Assembly: GCA_905331295.1 (NCBI GenBank)
Contig: CAJNYD010000236.1
Coordinates: forward strand, 124,001-188,000
Direction of reading: 5' to 3'
DNA: 64,000 nt
Source: Rotaria socialis
Lineage: Eukaryota
Shown: positions 1 to 14,045 of the stretch, piece by piece
How the letters are laid out: every line of letters starts with the position of its first letter
Numbering within the stretch: position 1 is the first letter of the stretch
Translations under genes and position numbers: made by a program
The notes under the pieces: generated by a model
Database searches by the model: none
Seen by the model: the letters and a program-made list of their open reading frames with translations, nothing else
Told to the model about the DNA's origin: nothing

Positions 1-780
1 ATTTATTTATTTATTTGCGCTCATGGAACAAAGATGGCATCGCTTGCAGACATAGAATAAGCGTGAAATTGTAAGCTGCCTTGTGGCGAACCTGCGAAAC
101 ATTGTGAGTAACACATCCTTCGTCCAAATTACTCTGATTATATCCTATAAATATCGACATGTAATCGTTTCTACTTATCCTAAAGCCTTCACATTCGCAT
201 GATGTACAAGAGAAACTTCGACCATTCATACGTTGACTTCAATCATTGATGCCTCATATATTTGAGTCGTGTTTCTGTCATATTTACACTCGATTAATTT
301 CTACTGGATCTAAAGATACGCGCAAACTGTATGAGATATTGTTTTGAAGCTCAGCAATCATTTTAATACGAATAATGGATAAGAATATTCTTTGCGTGTC
401 ACACAGAAAGTGTTATTCTCTTGCATGTTCGCATAGTTTTAGTAGCAATGTGAGTTTAATGTTCACTAGAATAGATCCTTTTTTATTTATTAGGTTTGTT
501 CTCTTTCGGAAAATCTGATTCAATCTATTCTCGCTTTTATAACACTAGATATGCAAACGAGTGAAACTGTTTTAGGATTTCCGAAAAATGAGTATCGACG
601 AGTTTCTGCTACGATAATTACATTTCATCTTTTTTTTTCTTCTTATTTGTGTCTCATGCTTGATAGAACTAAGCCATAGCAGGGATTGTAGTAGTTAGAA
701 GAGCAACAATTCTTCGTAAAAAAAATATTATCGAATCATATTGTTGTATTGTAATCGATTCAATCTGATAGAAAAAGAAA

Positions 781-827
<47 letters not shown>

Positions 828-838
828 CATGATGATGT
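781..838 (+). repeat. (ATG)n trinucleotide microsatellite
   Basis: About 19 near-perfect ATG units; explains the poly-M/D/I ORFs at 669-1043. Confidence 0.95.
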
Positions 839-2090
839 TGATTTTGGTAGTGTATTTTTCTTTTTCTCTCTCTATTGCTCCAGAGAACACCATGATAGGT
901 TCAATAAAAAACAAAAAAATGCAAAAACTTATTTTAACACACACAGTTGTTTTCTGTCAGTTTATTGTATGATGTTAGTGAAAGCTAGTGAGTATTTGAA
1001 CTTTCCTGCTGCCGTTTACTTTCATCTCTCGACGTCGGAATAGAGAAAAGAGCAAAAAAAGAGAAGAATAGAGAAAAATGTTGGATGTTAATAGAACACG
1101 CGATAAAAACGCCTACTTTGTCTTCATATTAGAGCTTATGGTTTTTCTAACTACTTCTATTTATCAACTGGGTGTCGGAGATGATAGCAGCGAAGAAAAA
1201 AAATGAGAGTAACAATAAGCTAACCGTTTTCAAATGAGAGAGAACAAAAGAAGTATGCGGATAAAGACGATCAGGAAAAATCGATGAAGTAAGGTATTCA
1301 AGAATGAGAGAAACATCTATTTATGTGACTTCTGTTTCCATTAGCATTGAATAACGGCATTATTCATTGATTTTCTCTCGACTCTTACGTATTTCGTGTG
1401 TACTTATTGTTTAGTAGATTTTTTCCTTCTTTTAATGTAGGGCCAGAAGTCGATCGAAGTAGCGTCTCTCGAAGTATATTGAATCTGTAATAATAAACTA
1501 TAGGTCAGTTTGTTGGTTAGGTATACTAAAACAAAAGAGAAAGAAACAATTGTTTGATAGATACGATTATCATCAAAGCTATGAGTCGAGCATTTAGATA
1601 TTACGCAAAACCAATTGCTTAATTCATCAGTACCTCTTCTTCTCATTTTCGTTTGTAGATCAAACAGAATGAAACATTGTCATTCTATATTTTTTTGACA
1701 TTTTGATTAATGATGCCCATAAAAACTGTCAGACATATCTGCATAAGAAGAAGAAGAGAGAAGAAGAAAAACCTGTTTTTTATCACGCTAACAAAAATCT
1801 AAAAGCATAAAAAATGATTAAAAACAGAATACATGAGCTCAAATTTTCCAATGTTTGCAATTAAAAGAGGAATCATAGTCAGTAAAGCTATTGCGATGAG
1901 TGCTTTTTTATGTTCATGGTCAATAATCTAAAACAAAAAGCTTAACACCAGCTTTTAATCATCTCATTCGTTGTCTTTCTTCTTTCTTTTCTTTTCTTTT
2001 CTTTTTTTGAGATGTCAATTGCTCGAAGATGTTGGACTCATAAATGACATTTTAATTGGCTACGTGAAGAACCTTTTTCTTGTTGTTGTC

Positions 2091-5000
2091 ATGCCAGAAA
2101 TGGTGTCAGGGCACACTAATAATCATAATCAACCCGATGCCTATGCAAATGTAATGCAAGGTCAAATATTATATAATGATAGTCAGTTACCAAAAATAAT
2201 TTGGAATCAAATTAAAATTCTTATCATATCAAATAAAGATGGTAAAATATAATTAATTATAAAACCTATTTATTTTTCTCGTTTATTTAGAATTTGACAA
2301 TGAACGCGATTTACTGGTAACTGAAACCTTACCAAAATTACAACAATATTTTTTAACGCAAGGTATTTATGTTGATTTTGTTGACTGCAATTTCAATTGG
2401 AATTTCGATTTATCGAAAAATCCATATCATATGCGACGTTACATGAAAGAACTTAAAAATGCTTATCAAACATCAACGGGGCCTTTTTTGTTAACTTTCA
2501 TTGGAAATAAATATGGTAATATCGTTTTACCTATTGAATTATCGACATCAGAATATAATAATATAAAAAATGCAGCATCGGATTTGAGCAAAAGTAAATT
2601 CAATGTTATTGTTGTTGTTGTTTTTACTTATTAAAAATATTTTTCTTCTGTTTTGTTAGACATAAAATTACTTGAAGAATGGTATTTATTAGATGATAAA
2701 ATCTCTCCATCGATGTATAAATTAAAAGATCCTGATGAAAATTTTTCCAATATTCCACCACGATCTATATCAACATATGATTTAAATACATGTGAAAATC
2801 AAGAATGGAATGAAGCATATATGCATCTAGCCGATCTATTTTTAAGTGTTTTAAATGAAAAATCCCATATGAAATCTATGCATGATATTCAACTACTTTC
2901 AAGTGTAGAAATACTCGTTAATTATGCAACTAAATTATCTCGGTCTGGCTGTATGTATATTTTAAGACAGTTTGATGGTATGTATAGTTTTATTCAAAAG
3001 TTTTTTTAGATTGTACGATTTATGATGTCTCTCGGAGGATTTTCTAAAATCAAACTAGAGAAGATTGTTTTTTCTTCTTCTTATTTTTATTTTTATTTCT
3101 ATGAACAAGACAAAAACAAAATCGTTAGTTTTACATCCGATCTTAAGCTTCTTACTATGTCAACATTCATCTTGTTTCTAATCTACATAAATAAAATTTA
3201 TTAGGAATTTGTGTCTCTTGAGATATCTATTAAGGAACTTCGAATAAAAAAAAGCTAACTAATGTCAGCACGATAATTATAATTAAAAATAGCAGTTCTT
3301 TTTTTCTAAGAATTTCCTTAAAAATTTTTATTCCATGGCTTCCGATAAGTTAAATCGAAACTAGATATATATATAATTTAATTAAAAACAAACAAATCAT
3401 TTTCCCAGTTAAGTGCTACCGTACTGTTGTTTCAATAGAGATTTCTTTCTCATACAGATGCAACGATTTGTGTACTGTTTTGACCGATCTATTCATATTA
3501 AGATGATCTAAAAATGAAACATACGTTCACTTAAAATGACCAGATACCTATCATTCAAAAAACAGAGACCATTATAAAAAAATTGAAACTTTTTTTCTTA
3601 GCTTCTAAGCCGAAATCATTTTAGTACCAAAGTTTTGATCTTTGCTTGAAGATTCATATAATTTTTGTCTCAATTTCTTCAGATGAAAGAAAAGGATAAA
3701 TTTCAACTATGCTAATACTCTTACACTAAGCTCTTCATTCAGTACACGTTTGTATCAGTATTCAAAGAAAAAAAATAAGATAAATTATCTACTGATAAAT
3801 ATTAAATTTCATTGTCATACATTCAAAACAAGTTAAGTACGCTAAATTTCTCTAAAAGAAAATTCATTATCATGAGATCTCTTCAAATCAAAAGGACTTT
3901 CATTCAAAGAAAACAATTTCCTTATAAGAGAAGTTCCTCTCGTCGCCACGTTTAGTGTTATGAAAATTTTGTTCGATTATCTTAATTTAAGTTTTTCTAT
4001 AAATATCTTTTCTTATCTCTTAAAAAGGCCTGAATGAACGTTGTAAAGGTAGTGAAAATTACATTGATCTACTTCCTGGTGGTCGTTTGGATAAAATTCG
4101 ACAAGAAAAATTAAAACGCTTTCGTGAATCTATAACAAATAAATTATCAAATAATGAAAATAACGAAATAAATCTTGAAGATAATCAAACTATTATTAAC
4201 ATTCCGTGGAGAGATCATGCAGACTCTCAATCCGATGATCCTGACTATCAACGTTATATGCGTACATTGAATGCATCAGTATTTTTACGTATAAAATCAT
4301 TGAATCAAAATTATATTGGCGTATCTATTTCAAATTATTTCAAATCATCAGAAAAAATTTTCTACAATGAAGTTCTTGTACATCTGACATATTATTCAAA
4401 ACATTCATCACATACATGTTTGGGCTTTGAACATTTTACTGAACGTAATTGTTCATTTAAACAATGGTTAACAGTAGCTAATACAAGTGAACATTATCCA
4501 TATACGATATTTGGTAGTCGAGCATCTGGAAAAACTTTATTATGTACAAAAATTGTTCAATATCTGTTAAATACATTAGAAAAAAATGTTCAATGTGTAA
4601 TACGTTATTTTAATTTAACATCGAAATCACGTAATATTTCTGAAGTATTTACATCAATATGTACACAATTGAGTTCATTAGAACATGTACCAGCATCAAA
4701 CAATGAACAAGATATGAATCACATTGAATATTATCACTCAGCTTTAGCAAGTTTATCGAAATCACAAAGACCAGTTATAATAATGATCGACGGAATTGAA
4801 GATATAACACCACCGAATCAACATGCGTCATCGATGGCATTCTATCAAGCATTACTACAATTACTTCCACCCAAAGTAAGTGTTCGTACGCGAAATATTC
4901 AAGAGAAATATGCATTATCAACCAATTTCTATTCAAACAAAATAATGTGAGGGGGTTGAATATTTTCTTTGAGAGTTTGATAGAAACAAGATGCAGAACT

Positions 5001-8000
5001 GTAGTTTCCATGATTAAAAACAGACGGAAAAGACATACGACATTGAATATTACGATTTTTCTCATATAGTATGTTTCAAAACTAACGTATATTCTATCAG
5101 GTACCTAAAAGGACTTTTCAATGATAAGATTTGTGTTCGAACTGTCAAACGAAGATTTAAAACTATGTGCAAATGTTAGAATTTGAAATATAATTGATTT
5201 TAGTATTGTATTCAAAACAATCGATCAAGCTCTCAAGGGATTGTGATTTTTTTCTTATTTTATACGATTGGAAAGACTTTAATTCGAATTTGTGCTAAAT
5301 CTATAATATACCATCTGCTTTCAATTTTTTTCTTTTCTCTCTATCCCAATTGGCTCAAAACAAATTGATCCGTCTATTTATCAAATGATCATTAATTTTG
5401 TAAAATACGATCAAAAATGAATATTGAAGTGTACAGAGTAAACAAGTACACTCTCTTCATCGTACAGTGTAGCAAATAGCTTTCAGAGACCATCACAGAC
5501 GTGATAGAGAACTTCCAGCAATCAGATGTATCATGTTTTACATTTTAACCTCTGAGGCAGGGTGCTAACAGCTTCTTAAAGAATTTCAGTATCAACAGAT
5601 TTGCTAATCTGCGATTAGAATGGTAATGGTGTTGAAACTTAAGTAACCGATCATGTTCATGACTAATCTGACATGAACGATACTAATAAATAGGAAGGTC
5701 ATATTACAATAATTAGGTGTTTAAAATGTATAGACAATGATCAAAAACTATTCTCAGAAATTCGCTTTTGAGAAGCAGTTTACTAAGTTAGGCATCAGAA
5801 ATGGAACTATTCTTAAATGTAGTCAAATAATAGGTAATCTCATTCTCGATTCGTTATGTCACATGTCAATATTATTAGATTGAAGTGGAAAAGAGACTAT
5901 GCTTCGACGCGTGCTCTATTTCTATCATAATTACAAAGAATTTTACTACAAGATAGAAGAATGGTCTTAATTATTTTTCTTACTTTCATGTTTTTTAGTA
6001 ATTACTGTTTGTCTATAGGATAGAATTTTTACAGATTAAAATATTATGCAAAGTTTCTATCAATGTTCATATTAAAATCAGATTTTCATTCCTGAAATGA
6101 AAAGATCTTGTTTTCTTGTAAAAAATACTTTTTTCTATTATATAAAGATTCTCTACATGTCATTTGTATTGACAGTAGATATCTACTAATAGCGAATAAG
6201 TTAATTCATGTGGTATTTCTAGCAAATCGCGTCAAAACTATGAACATATCACAATAAACATAAGGCGATTAATATGAGTTTCTTATGATCAACTTATTTA
6301 CAATCTTGAATTTGAATATTTTTCGAAATATCAGTAGTTAATTTTTATGTAAAATCTTATCAAAAGACTTCTATTTGAACTAATTCACCAACGCATTCTG
6401 TATAACTTGATTAAGTAACAGCAGGGACGGTGCGAAGCAACAAAAATATAGGGGGGTTACTTGAAAACGGGAGGTTTTTTTTTCAAAAATCGGAGTAAAT
6501 CAATAAAAATCTCTTCTATTTTCTTCAAAAATCGGAGTAAATTAATAAAAATCTCTTCTATTTTCTTCAAATCGGAGTAAAATTGAAACAAAAATTTCCA
6601 AAGTTGGGGCACCCCCCCCCTCGTGCGCGCCGTTCCTGAGTAACAGCATGAAAGTCTACAAATAGAAAAGCGTACACTCATCTGTGCCAGTAACCATTGT
6701 AATGTTGTGGGTGTCTTAGCGGCAAGCATTCCACATCATAAACTATAAATAAATAAAATGATAATTGCTTACGATAATGCAAAATTGTTTTTTACATAAA
6801 TAGCGAGAATAATATAACCTTAATGAAAATAATAATAGCAGCTTGATTGTGTTTTATTTTTAGGTTTATGTCATACTGTCTGTTAGTCGAAGCGTTCATT
6901 TATCATCATCCTATGATGTTCAAATTCGTGAAATAATTGAACGAATTGAAAAAGAAAATTGTCTTATTGAATTGCCATTTATAAGTGAAACAATAAATAT
7001 GCAAGATTTAACATTGTATATAAAATCTGAATTAAATTATATTCAACGAAATATAAATGATTCAGCTGTACAAGTACTATCAAAATCTATCTATCAACAA
7101 ATAGATAAACAAACACAGATATTTTATATTCTACGTCTTATTTTAAATCAAAGTTATTTATCACAACAAAGTAAACAAATAAATTTAACGAATATAAGTA
7201 TTGATGAAATACTTAATGCGTATATTGGTAAGAGTAAATTTCAATTTTTTTGTTTTCTATCATTTGATTTATTAATTCAAGATCATTGTGAACAGAAATT
7301 TGGTCGAAAAATTTGTTCATTTATATTTAATTATATAAGTTCATCTCAATCGGCTATTGCTGAAATTGAATTACTTGATATATTATCATGTAATAATGAA
7401 TTCTTTTTGGAATATTATCAAAAAGATTTACCGAAACATCTACGTTTTCCACCATCATTATGGATTGCCGTGAAATATATCTTAGGTACTAGATGGAGAG
7501 AAAAAATGATTTGAACAAAACTTATGAATTTTTATTTACTTAGGTCCACTTTTATCTGAGAGATATTTCGATTTAAAAGTTGTTCTCTGTTGGAGTCATT
7601 CATTTATTCGACGGCATATGAAACAAAGATATTTAAAAAAAGTTGAAGATATTAGAATTGCACATCGAGATATTGCAAATTATTTTCTTGAAGCTTTTAT
7701 TGAATCAAAGCCATTAGTTGATATGAATCGGAATCTTCAAATCAGGTAAATATACCATAGAAAATTTAAAGGAAGTATATTATCAAAATAAATGAACAAT
7801 ACATTTAGTAGAAAACATGTTTCTTGATCTAAATGTTAAATTATTTGAAAGTCAAATATCCTGACGAAACTATTCATTAGGTTTATCTATAGAGAAAAAT
7901 TCGAAATCAAAGTAATGATAAAGCGTTTACCCTTCAACATATGAATCCAGGCATTGTCAAGTCCGATCGAAGTCGTTTCATTGAATCCAACATGATTTTG

Positions 8001-11000
8001 AACATGAGCTGTAGTTAGAATAGCTTCTACATAAAGACTCTGGGACAATAAATAAAAGATTCGAGAAGTTCACACTTTATACAGCATTTTTTCAAATGCT
8101 TTAAAAACGAACTAATGATCGTGTCCGAGCTGAAAAGAACCATTACTATGGAATAGCATTATTTCCGTTTTTTCTATTGAATATTTTATTACAGAAACGT
8201 TGATTTTTACAATGTAGCTTTTCACGGTTGTCGTATTTCAATACCTTTATAAACTAGTGTCAATACATTCTTCTATTTTTCTAGAGGAGATAGTGGTCGT
8301 CGTTTCATCTTACAACAACCGCTTCTTTATTCTGAAATAGCATATAATTATCGACGACTCGGTGAATTATGGTATCAATTAATGCATTCTGGTATTTATT
8401 TTAATACTTTTTTAAAAATAATGTGTTCCGCCATTTGCTTTTTTAATTAGGCGATATTGATCGTTTAAAAGAATATACATTATGTTGTTTCGAATATTTA
8501 TTATCAAAAGTTCATGGCCTATCTGTTGAACAACTTCTATGGGAATTTGATATAATTTGTAGTAATATTCTTGATGCTGATGTACTCGTAGTACAAACTA
8601 CAGTAAAAAATATTGTAAATATTATTTCAAATAATCCCATGTTATTTGCTGGAGAAATTATTTTACGATTGAAAAATATAAAAAGTAAAAATGAAATTTC
8701 AATTTTTTAGTTCCTCATTATTATTTTCTTCTTTAGATCGTTACAGTGAACATATTGAATCTTTATATACTCAAGCATATGAATGGTGTGAAGCATGTGG
8801 CGTACCTGTGTTTGTACCAATATCATCATGGATATCAACGGTTCCACCCATGACAATAACAATTTTACCGTGTACTGATGGAGCATTTAAAATAGCTCCA
8901 ACGACATTTAATCAACATGTATTTTGTACGACACGAATAAATGAAATAGCTATGTATCATATACCATCGAAAAAACTTGTTAAAAAATTTAGTGGTATGC
9001 TAATATTAAAGTAAACTCGTAAGAAAAATACATGTGTATTTTGTTTATTTAGGTCACTCAGAATTAATAACATCACTCCAGTTAACATATAATAGTAGAT
9101 TCTTAGTAACAGCATCAATAGATCGAACAATCAAATTATTTAATCTGAGTTCGGGCGATCTAGAAAATACTTATACGTAATAATTCTACTTGTTTAATTT
9201 AAATAGTAGCAGAACAATAAAACTCTTTTTTTTTGCTTTCTTTTTGTTTTCAGTGTTCATCAAGATGAAATACTTTGTATGACAGTTTCACATAGTAATG
9301 AACAGATAGTGACTGGTTCACGTGATCGTTCAATTATTGTACTTCGCCTTGAAACAGGTGAAATTGAATATTCAGTAGAACAACATACAGATGCTGTTAC
9401 AGCTGTTGCTCTTACACAAGATGATGGCATTTTAGTTTCAGGTTAGTTATTAAAAACAAAGCTAATGAGAAAACTTCAATTAGTTTATTCTGTGGTCGAA
9501 ACGTATATTACGCCCACAAGGAGCTCTTAGTAATATTAAAAAAAGAAACATAGTGATGTTCGCCATAAGAGTAAGAAAAGTAAAAGCTTTGTCATGCTCG
9601 GAGAGTATGTCAAAGTTATCTTCTAGAGCTTCTTAGCTATTTCAAGCTTACTAGCAGCATGCGTCATGAAGATAATAATGTGCGTTCATTTTATATAAAT
9701 CTGCCCGACACAAAGCTTAAATACTTCATCGTACTTCGATATCGTGACCTACGATGACCTATTTCGTTGAATTTTTTGGCAGACAATAAAAACAACTCAA
9801 ACTAATATCCTTATGAAGCATGTTGATAGTAAACACGAAATAGCTAAAAAGTTCTAGAGGAAAGCTTATATATATCCTAAGAGAACGATGAAGTGCGGAA
9901 TTTCCGCTTTTTACTCTGTGCTTCCTGTTCATATAAACTACATTTGGAGGCAAATTATGACCGTTGCACAGAATTTCGAACTGAAATTTTTGCAGAAAAT
10001 ACATTTCGTAATTGTTTGAATATTGAAAAAGTTGTATGCGGACAGAAATATTCACTGATTGAAACATTGAATTTTCACTTTGATTCGATATTTTCAATAT
10101 ATAAGTGGTAACCAATTATGTATTAGAAATTGAACATGTCAACAAAGGAAGCATTACTAAAATAGTTCTATCGGAAGCTTCTTGTAATTTCACTCTGATT
10201 TCAAATAATGGGTAGCAGTAGCTATAATAGTTGCTTCGGAAGAAAAATTTCTATATTAATTAGTTTTTATTTTTAGCTTCACGTGATAAAACAATTAAAC
10301 GATGGACTTTTCGTGGAATGCAATTACTTGATGTTATTGATACCATAATATCACCTATTCAACATATGATTATATCAGCAGATGATACATTCATAATTGC
10401 TGCTTGCGATGATACATCAGTTCAAGTTAAATCGCTTGTAACAGGAAGTGCTATTCATAATCTCGAAGGTCATTCATCAGAAGTAAATGAAAATATTCAA
10501 AAAATTTTAATATTCATGTTTTGTTTCTTTATTTCAATCACAGGTGACAAGTCTTTCAGTATCACATGATTCAATGTGTTGCTATGTGGGTTGTAGTAAT
10601 TCACATGTTTATGTTTATAATCTTCGTTCATGTCTTCTACTACGCATATTAACTCATCATACTTCATCTGTTCATGATCTTTATGTATCAGTTGATGATT
10701 ATTTTCTGTTCTCAGCAGCTGAAGTTCGTGTGAAGTCATCTTTCTTTCTTTCTTTCATATATATATATAGAATTAATTGATATATGTTAGGATGCAATAC
10801 ATGTTTTGAATGTTAAACAACAATTTAATGGTTTTCCTGGTGATGGTTCATCATCATCATCGAATGCTATTACAGCATTGTCAATATCACGTGAAGGTGA
10901 TGTAGCTATAGCTGGTAGTTCTGCTGGTGTTGTACGATTATTTAATTTAATTGATGGTGAATTTACTGAACAAATTGTTGATCATCGTGCACCCGTTACA

Positions 11001-14000
11001 CAAGTAGCACTTTCGCATTCATATTTATTTTCATTATCGGGCTCAAGAGATACAACTGTTAAAGTTTACGATAATGAAATGGGAGAAATTGTTGCTGAGT
11101 TTACTGTAAGATAATCTATTAGTTCAAAATTCTTGCGAAACAGGTAGTTTTTATTTTTTTTACATTAGGAACATTCTGCTCCCATATCACACTTACGTAT
11201 ATTGGAAGATAATCGAAAAATTTTATCTAGTGATGAGCAAAACTATATTAAAACATGGTGGGCAAATACAGGCGAATTAATTGATTCGGTAAAATAAAAA
11301 TATGCAACTATGGATTCATTTTCATACATATCTTTAGTATAATGTACCATGTAAAATGCTTGCTGTTTCTCCTGATGGAAAATATGTCGTATCTGGAAAT
11401 GGAGATAATATGTAAATCTTATTTTATTCATAAGAATTGAAATGGTTTAAAATAAATTTTAGTTTAAAAATTTGGTCGTTAGACAATGCACGAGTTGTTC
11501 GTTCAATCGATCATACCGAAGGAAAAATAACTTGTTTGGCATTTCGAGCTGATTCACAATATTTAATTACAGGTGGCGAAGATTACAGTTGTAAATTATG
11601 GGAATTATCTTCGGGAAAATTAACACAAGTAGATGAAAGATAATAAAAATTAAAAAGTTTTTACTTGATTGTTTTTCAAGGTTCTCGTCGAACATGAACA
11701 ATGTGTTACAGCTGTCGCAATAAGCGAAGATGGGAAACATGTTTTAACAGGTGACAAAAGCGGTCAAGCAATCATTTGGTCATTTAAAGATGGTAAAATT
11801 CTATTTGAAAAACTATTTGAAATGAATGCGAATTACTTTTTAAGTTTTGTAATTTTTTCATCTCAAAAGAAGCAGAACTTCCCGTCTTTTTTGCTTCCAT
11901 CTTTTTCTAAACTAAATTCATCGTATAATCATGAAAGTCATTCACAAAGTAGAATGATGAAAAAATTTGAGAAAATTGGCTTTTGAAAATTTTTTAAGGA
12001 TATTTGTTATTGATTTTCTAGTAATCTAGTATAAAACTAAATTTACACATATGTAAATTATTCTAGGAGCTGCTGTGCATAAAGTGACGATACATAAAAC
12101 TGTCATTGTTTCCGTCTCATTTGCTACCGATAGCAATATTGCTATTATTGGTAAAAACATATTTTTATTAACAGAGGTTATTTTTTAATAATTATTTGTA
12201 TGTTTCAAGCTTCTCAAGATGGTCTTCTCTCTGCTTGGTCTACTGTTGCTGGTGCAAAGTTAGCTATATTTTATTTTAGCCAAAATCTAATTAAATTACT
12301 TGTTTCACAAAGTGGAGGTATCAGCAAATCAATAAAATTGTCTCATACGTTAAATTTTTCTTTTTGTCTCTAATAGCTCGTTATGCAGCAATTGTGCAAA
12401 ATACATCATGCCTTGCTATGCTCAGTCTCTTCAATATTTCATTTAGTGATGGCTCTAGAATGGCACAATGTCAAAGTCAAGGTATGTTATTATTCATATC
12501 ATGAGAAAAATACATCGACAAGAAACTAGGTTTAGTGTCTCCTGAGATCATCGGCACGATGTTACCAGTAAAACCAAAGCCATTACTTTATCCAAAAGAT
12601 TCAACAATATTGGCTAATTCTCGAGAAAATTCGAAAATTGATCAATTTAGTGGTGATACAATACTTGTAAGTTTTGCTTCTTTTTTTGCGGCCATTTTCA
12701 ATTATACTGCTCTTTCTCGCGAAATCAAATAATTTTCTACTCAGCATGCGATCACGGAAAACAGTAGTGCTATTTAAATTTATTGATTTGCATGTTCGAT
12801 TGAGATGGACCAGAGAAAGTCTTCGTAGAACGTTTGCACATATGTGATACAGCATCATGTTCTACATTCATGGATTGATCTAAAGTAACAACAAGTGAAA
12901 TAGAATTCTGTTTACTTCTATCTTACCTAGAAATTTGTAACATTCTATTAGACTTGAATGCATTTTATTACCAACTCTTTAATACCATTGACAATAATTC
13001 TATAAGGTAATCCAACTGTTATATAATTATTCTGTATATAAATAAAAAACACTGATTGAAAGATTACGTCTATGAGACAAGCATATCGATCCTGTGATAC
13101 ACAATTAGAATGTATTTTATTTGTTTCGGTATTATTTATTGGCGTATTAACATTAAAAAGAATATATGATGTTGATCATGTTTGTGAGTTTTATTCGTAC
13201 ACATCATTTATTGATAAATTGTATCGTCGAGAATTTGAAAACATTCTTCAATGAAGTTTTTTCTAATTGACCATCAATTGAATCACCACCACAAGGGTGA
13301 TTTGAAGGGTTCCAATAGAGATGATGTTGTTTTACATCTGATTTATTGTTACTCACAACAATATCAAGCATATATTAAATCACAAGGTCCAATAGATAAT
13401 TCCGAAGCTATGAAATCTTTCTTATTACCATCTCGAGTATTATTAGTTTTCTAAGAAAAAGATTTTATCTGGGTTATCACTATTCGAGACAACGTTCAAA
13501 TCATTCTTTTTCAGGATTGCCATCATATGAAATAGTTAGTCCTACTACTACAAATAATAATAGTAGTCAAGTTGACATTGTTGAAAGATGTAGTTTATAT
13601 TGTCTTGAATCGCAATATCTAACAGCACCATTGACATCATCACATAGTCTGCATGGAAAAAGCGATACTTTTTTAGGGCTTTATTTTATCGTTCCGTTGA
13701 ATACTATTTAATTCATTTTCTTAAAATGAATTATATTTTTCTTGAATTTTTTTTCTTTTGTAGCCAGATCCAATGAGTAAATCACAAAGTAAAGAATTTT
13801 TCAAGAAAAAACAACGTGGCCCAAATAAAAGAAATAGTACTACTGGTCTTAGCGTTAATATTGCTAATCCAGCAGTGAACACTGCCCCGCTAAATAAAGG
13901 ATATCATATACAAACATCTCGTGGTAGTGCAGCTGGTTTGGTCGCTAGTGGTGAAGATCCAGCTCTTGCTGTTATTAATCCACATCCATCACCGACAATA

Positions 14001-14045
14001 CATCATACAAAAGAAAAACGTACAAAAATCTGTTGTTTATTGTGA
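2091..14045 (+). CDS. DUF4062-NACHT-WD40 repeat protein (NWD1/NWD2/QUI-1-like), ~24 exons
   Basis: N-terminal IKILIISNKD..NERDLLVTETLPKLQQYF (DUF4062-like). Walker A GSRASGKT (~4513-4536) and Walker B VIIMIDGIED. Helical region ELLDILSCNNE..RFPPSLW and YNYRRLGELWYQL. Many WD40 blades (GH..ITSL, SRDKTIKRW, GGEDYSCKLWE). Approximate exons: 2091-2242, 2292-2593, 2660-2977, 4028-4876, 6865-7228, 7282-7485, 7544-7745, 8285-8391, 8451-8684, 8738-8994, 9053-9176, 9253-9441, 10277-10481, 10544-10723, 10791-11105, 11170-11289, 11338-11411, 11463-11628, 11681-11791, 12067-12150, 12210-12317, 12378-12481, 12536-12666, 13764-14045 (ends KICCLL*). Confidence 0.88.
6422..6638. mobile_element. hAT-type MITE in NWD intron
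   Basis: Ends CAGGGACGGTGCG / CGCGCCGTTCCTG; perfect 8-bp TSD AGTAACAG (6414-6421, 6639-6646); internal ~41-bp repeats containing AAATCGGAGTAAA. Confidence 0.85.
12955..13690 (+). pseudogene. Decayed paralog of the GPCR at 18827-20374, inside the last NWD intron
   Basis: Homology to TM5 through C-tail: TQLECILFVSVLF vs TQLAYILFASTLLF; DHVCEFYSYT..LYRREF vs DHGCGFYLYT..LFRREF; YCLESQY..PLTSS..LHGKSD vs YCLESHY..PLTSS..LHRKSD. Contains stops, frameshifts and deletions; N-terminal half not found. Confidence 0.85.

Noticed and set aside
11..229. 72-aa Cys-containing ORF
   Set aside because: Short, at the window edge, with no recognisable domain or splice context.
669..1043. ORFs with poly-Met/Asp/Ile
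   Set aside because: By-products of the (ATG)n microsatellite.
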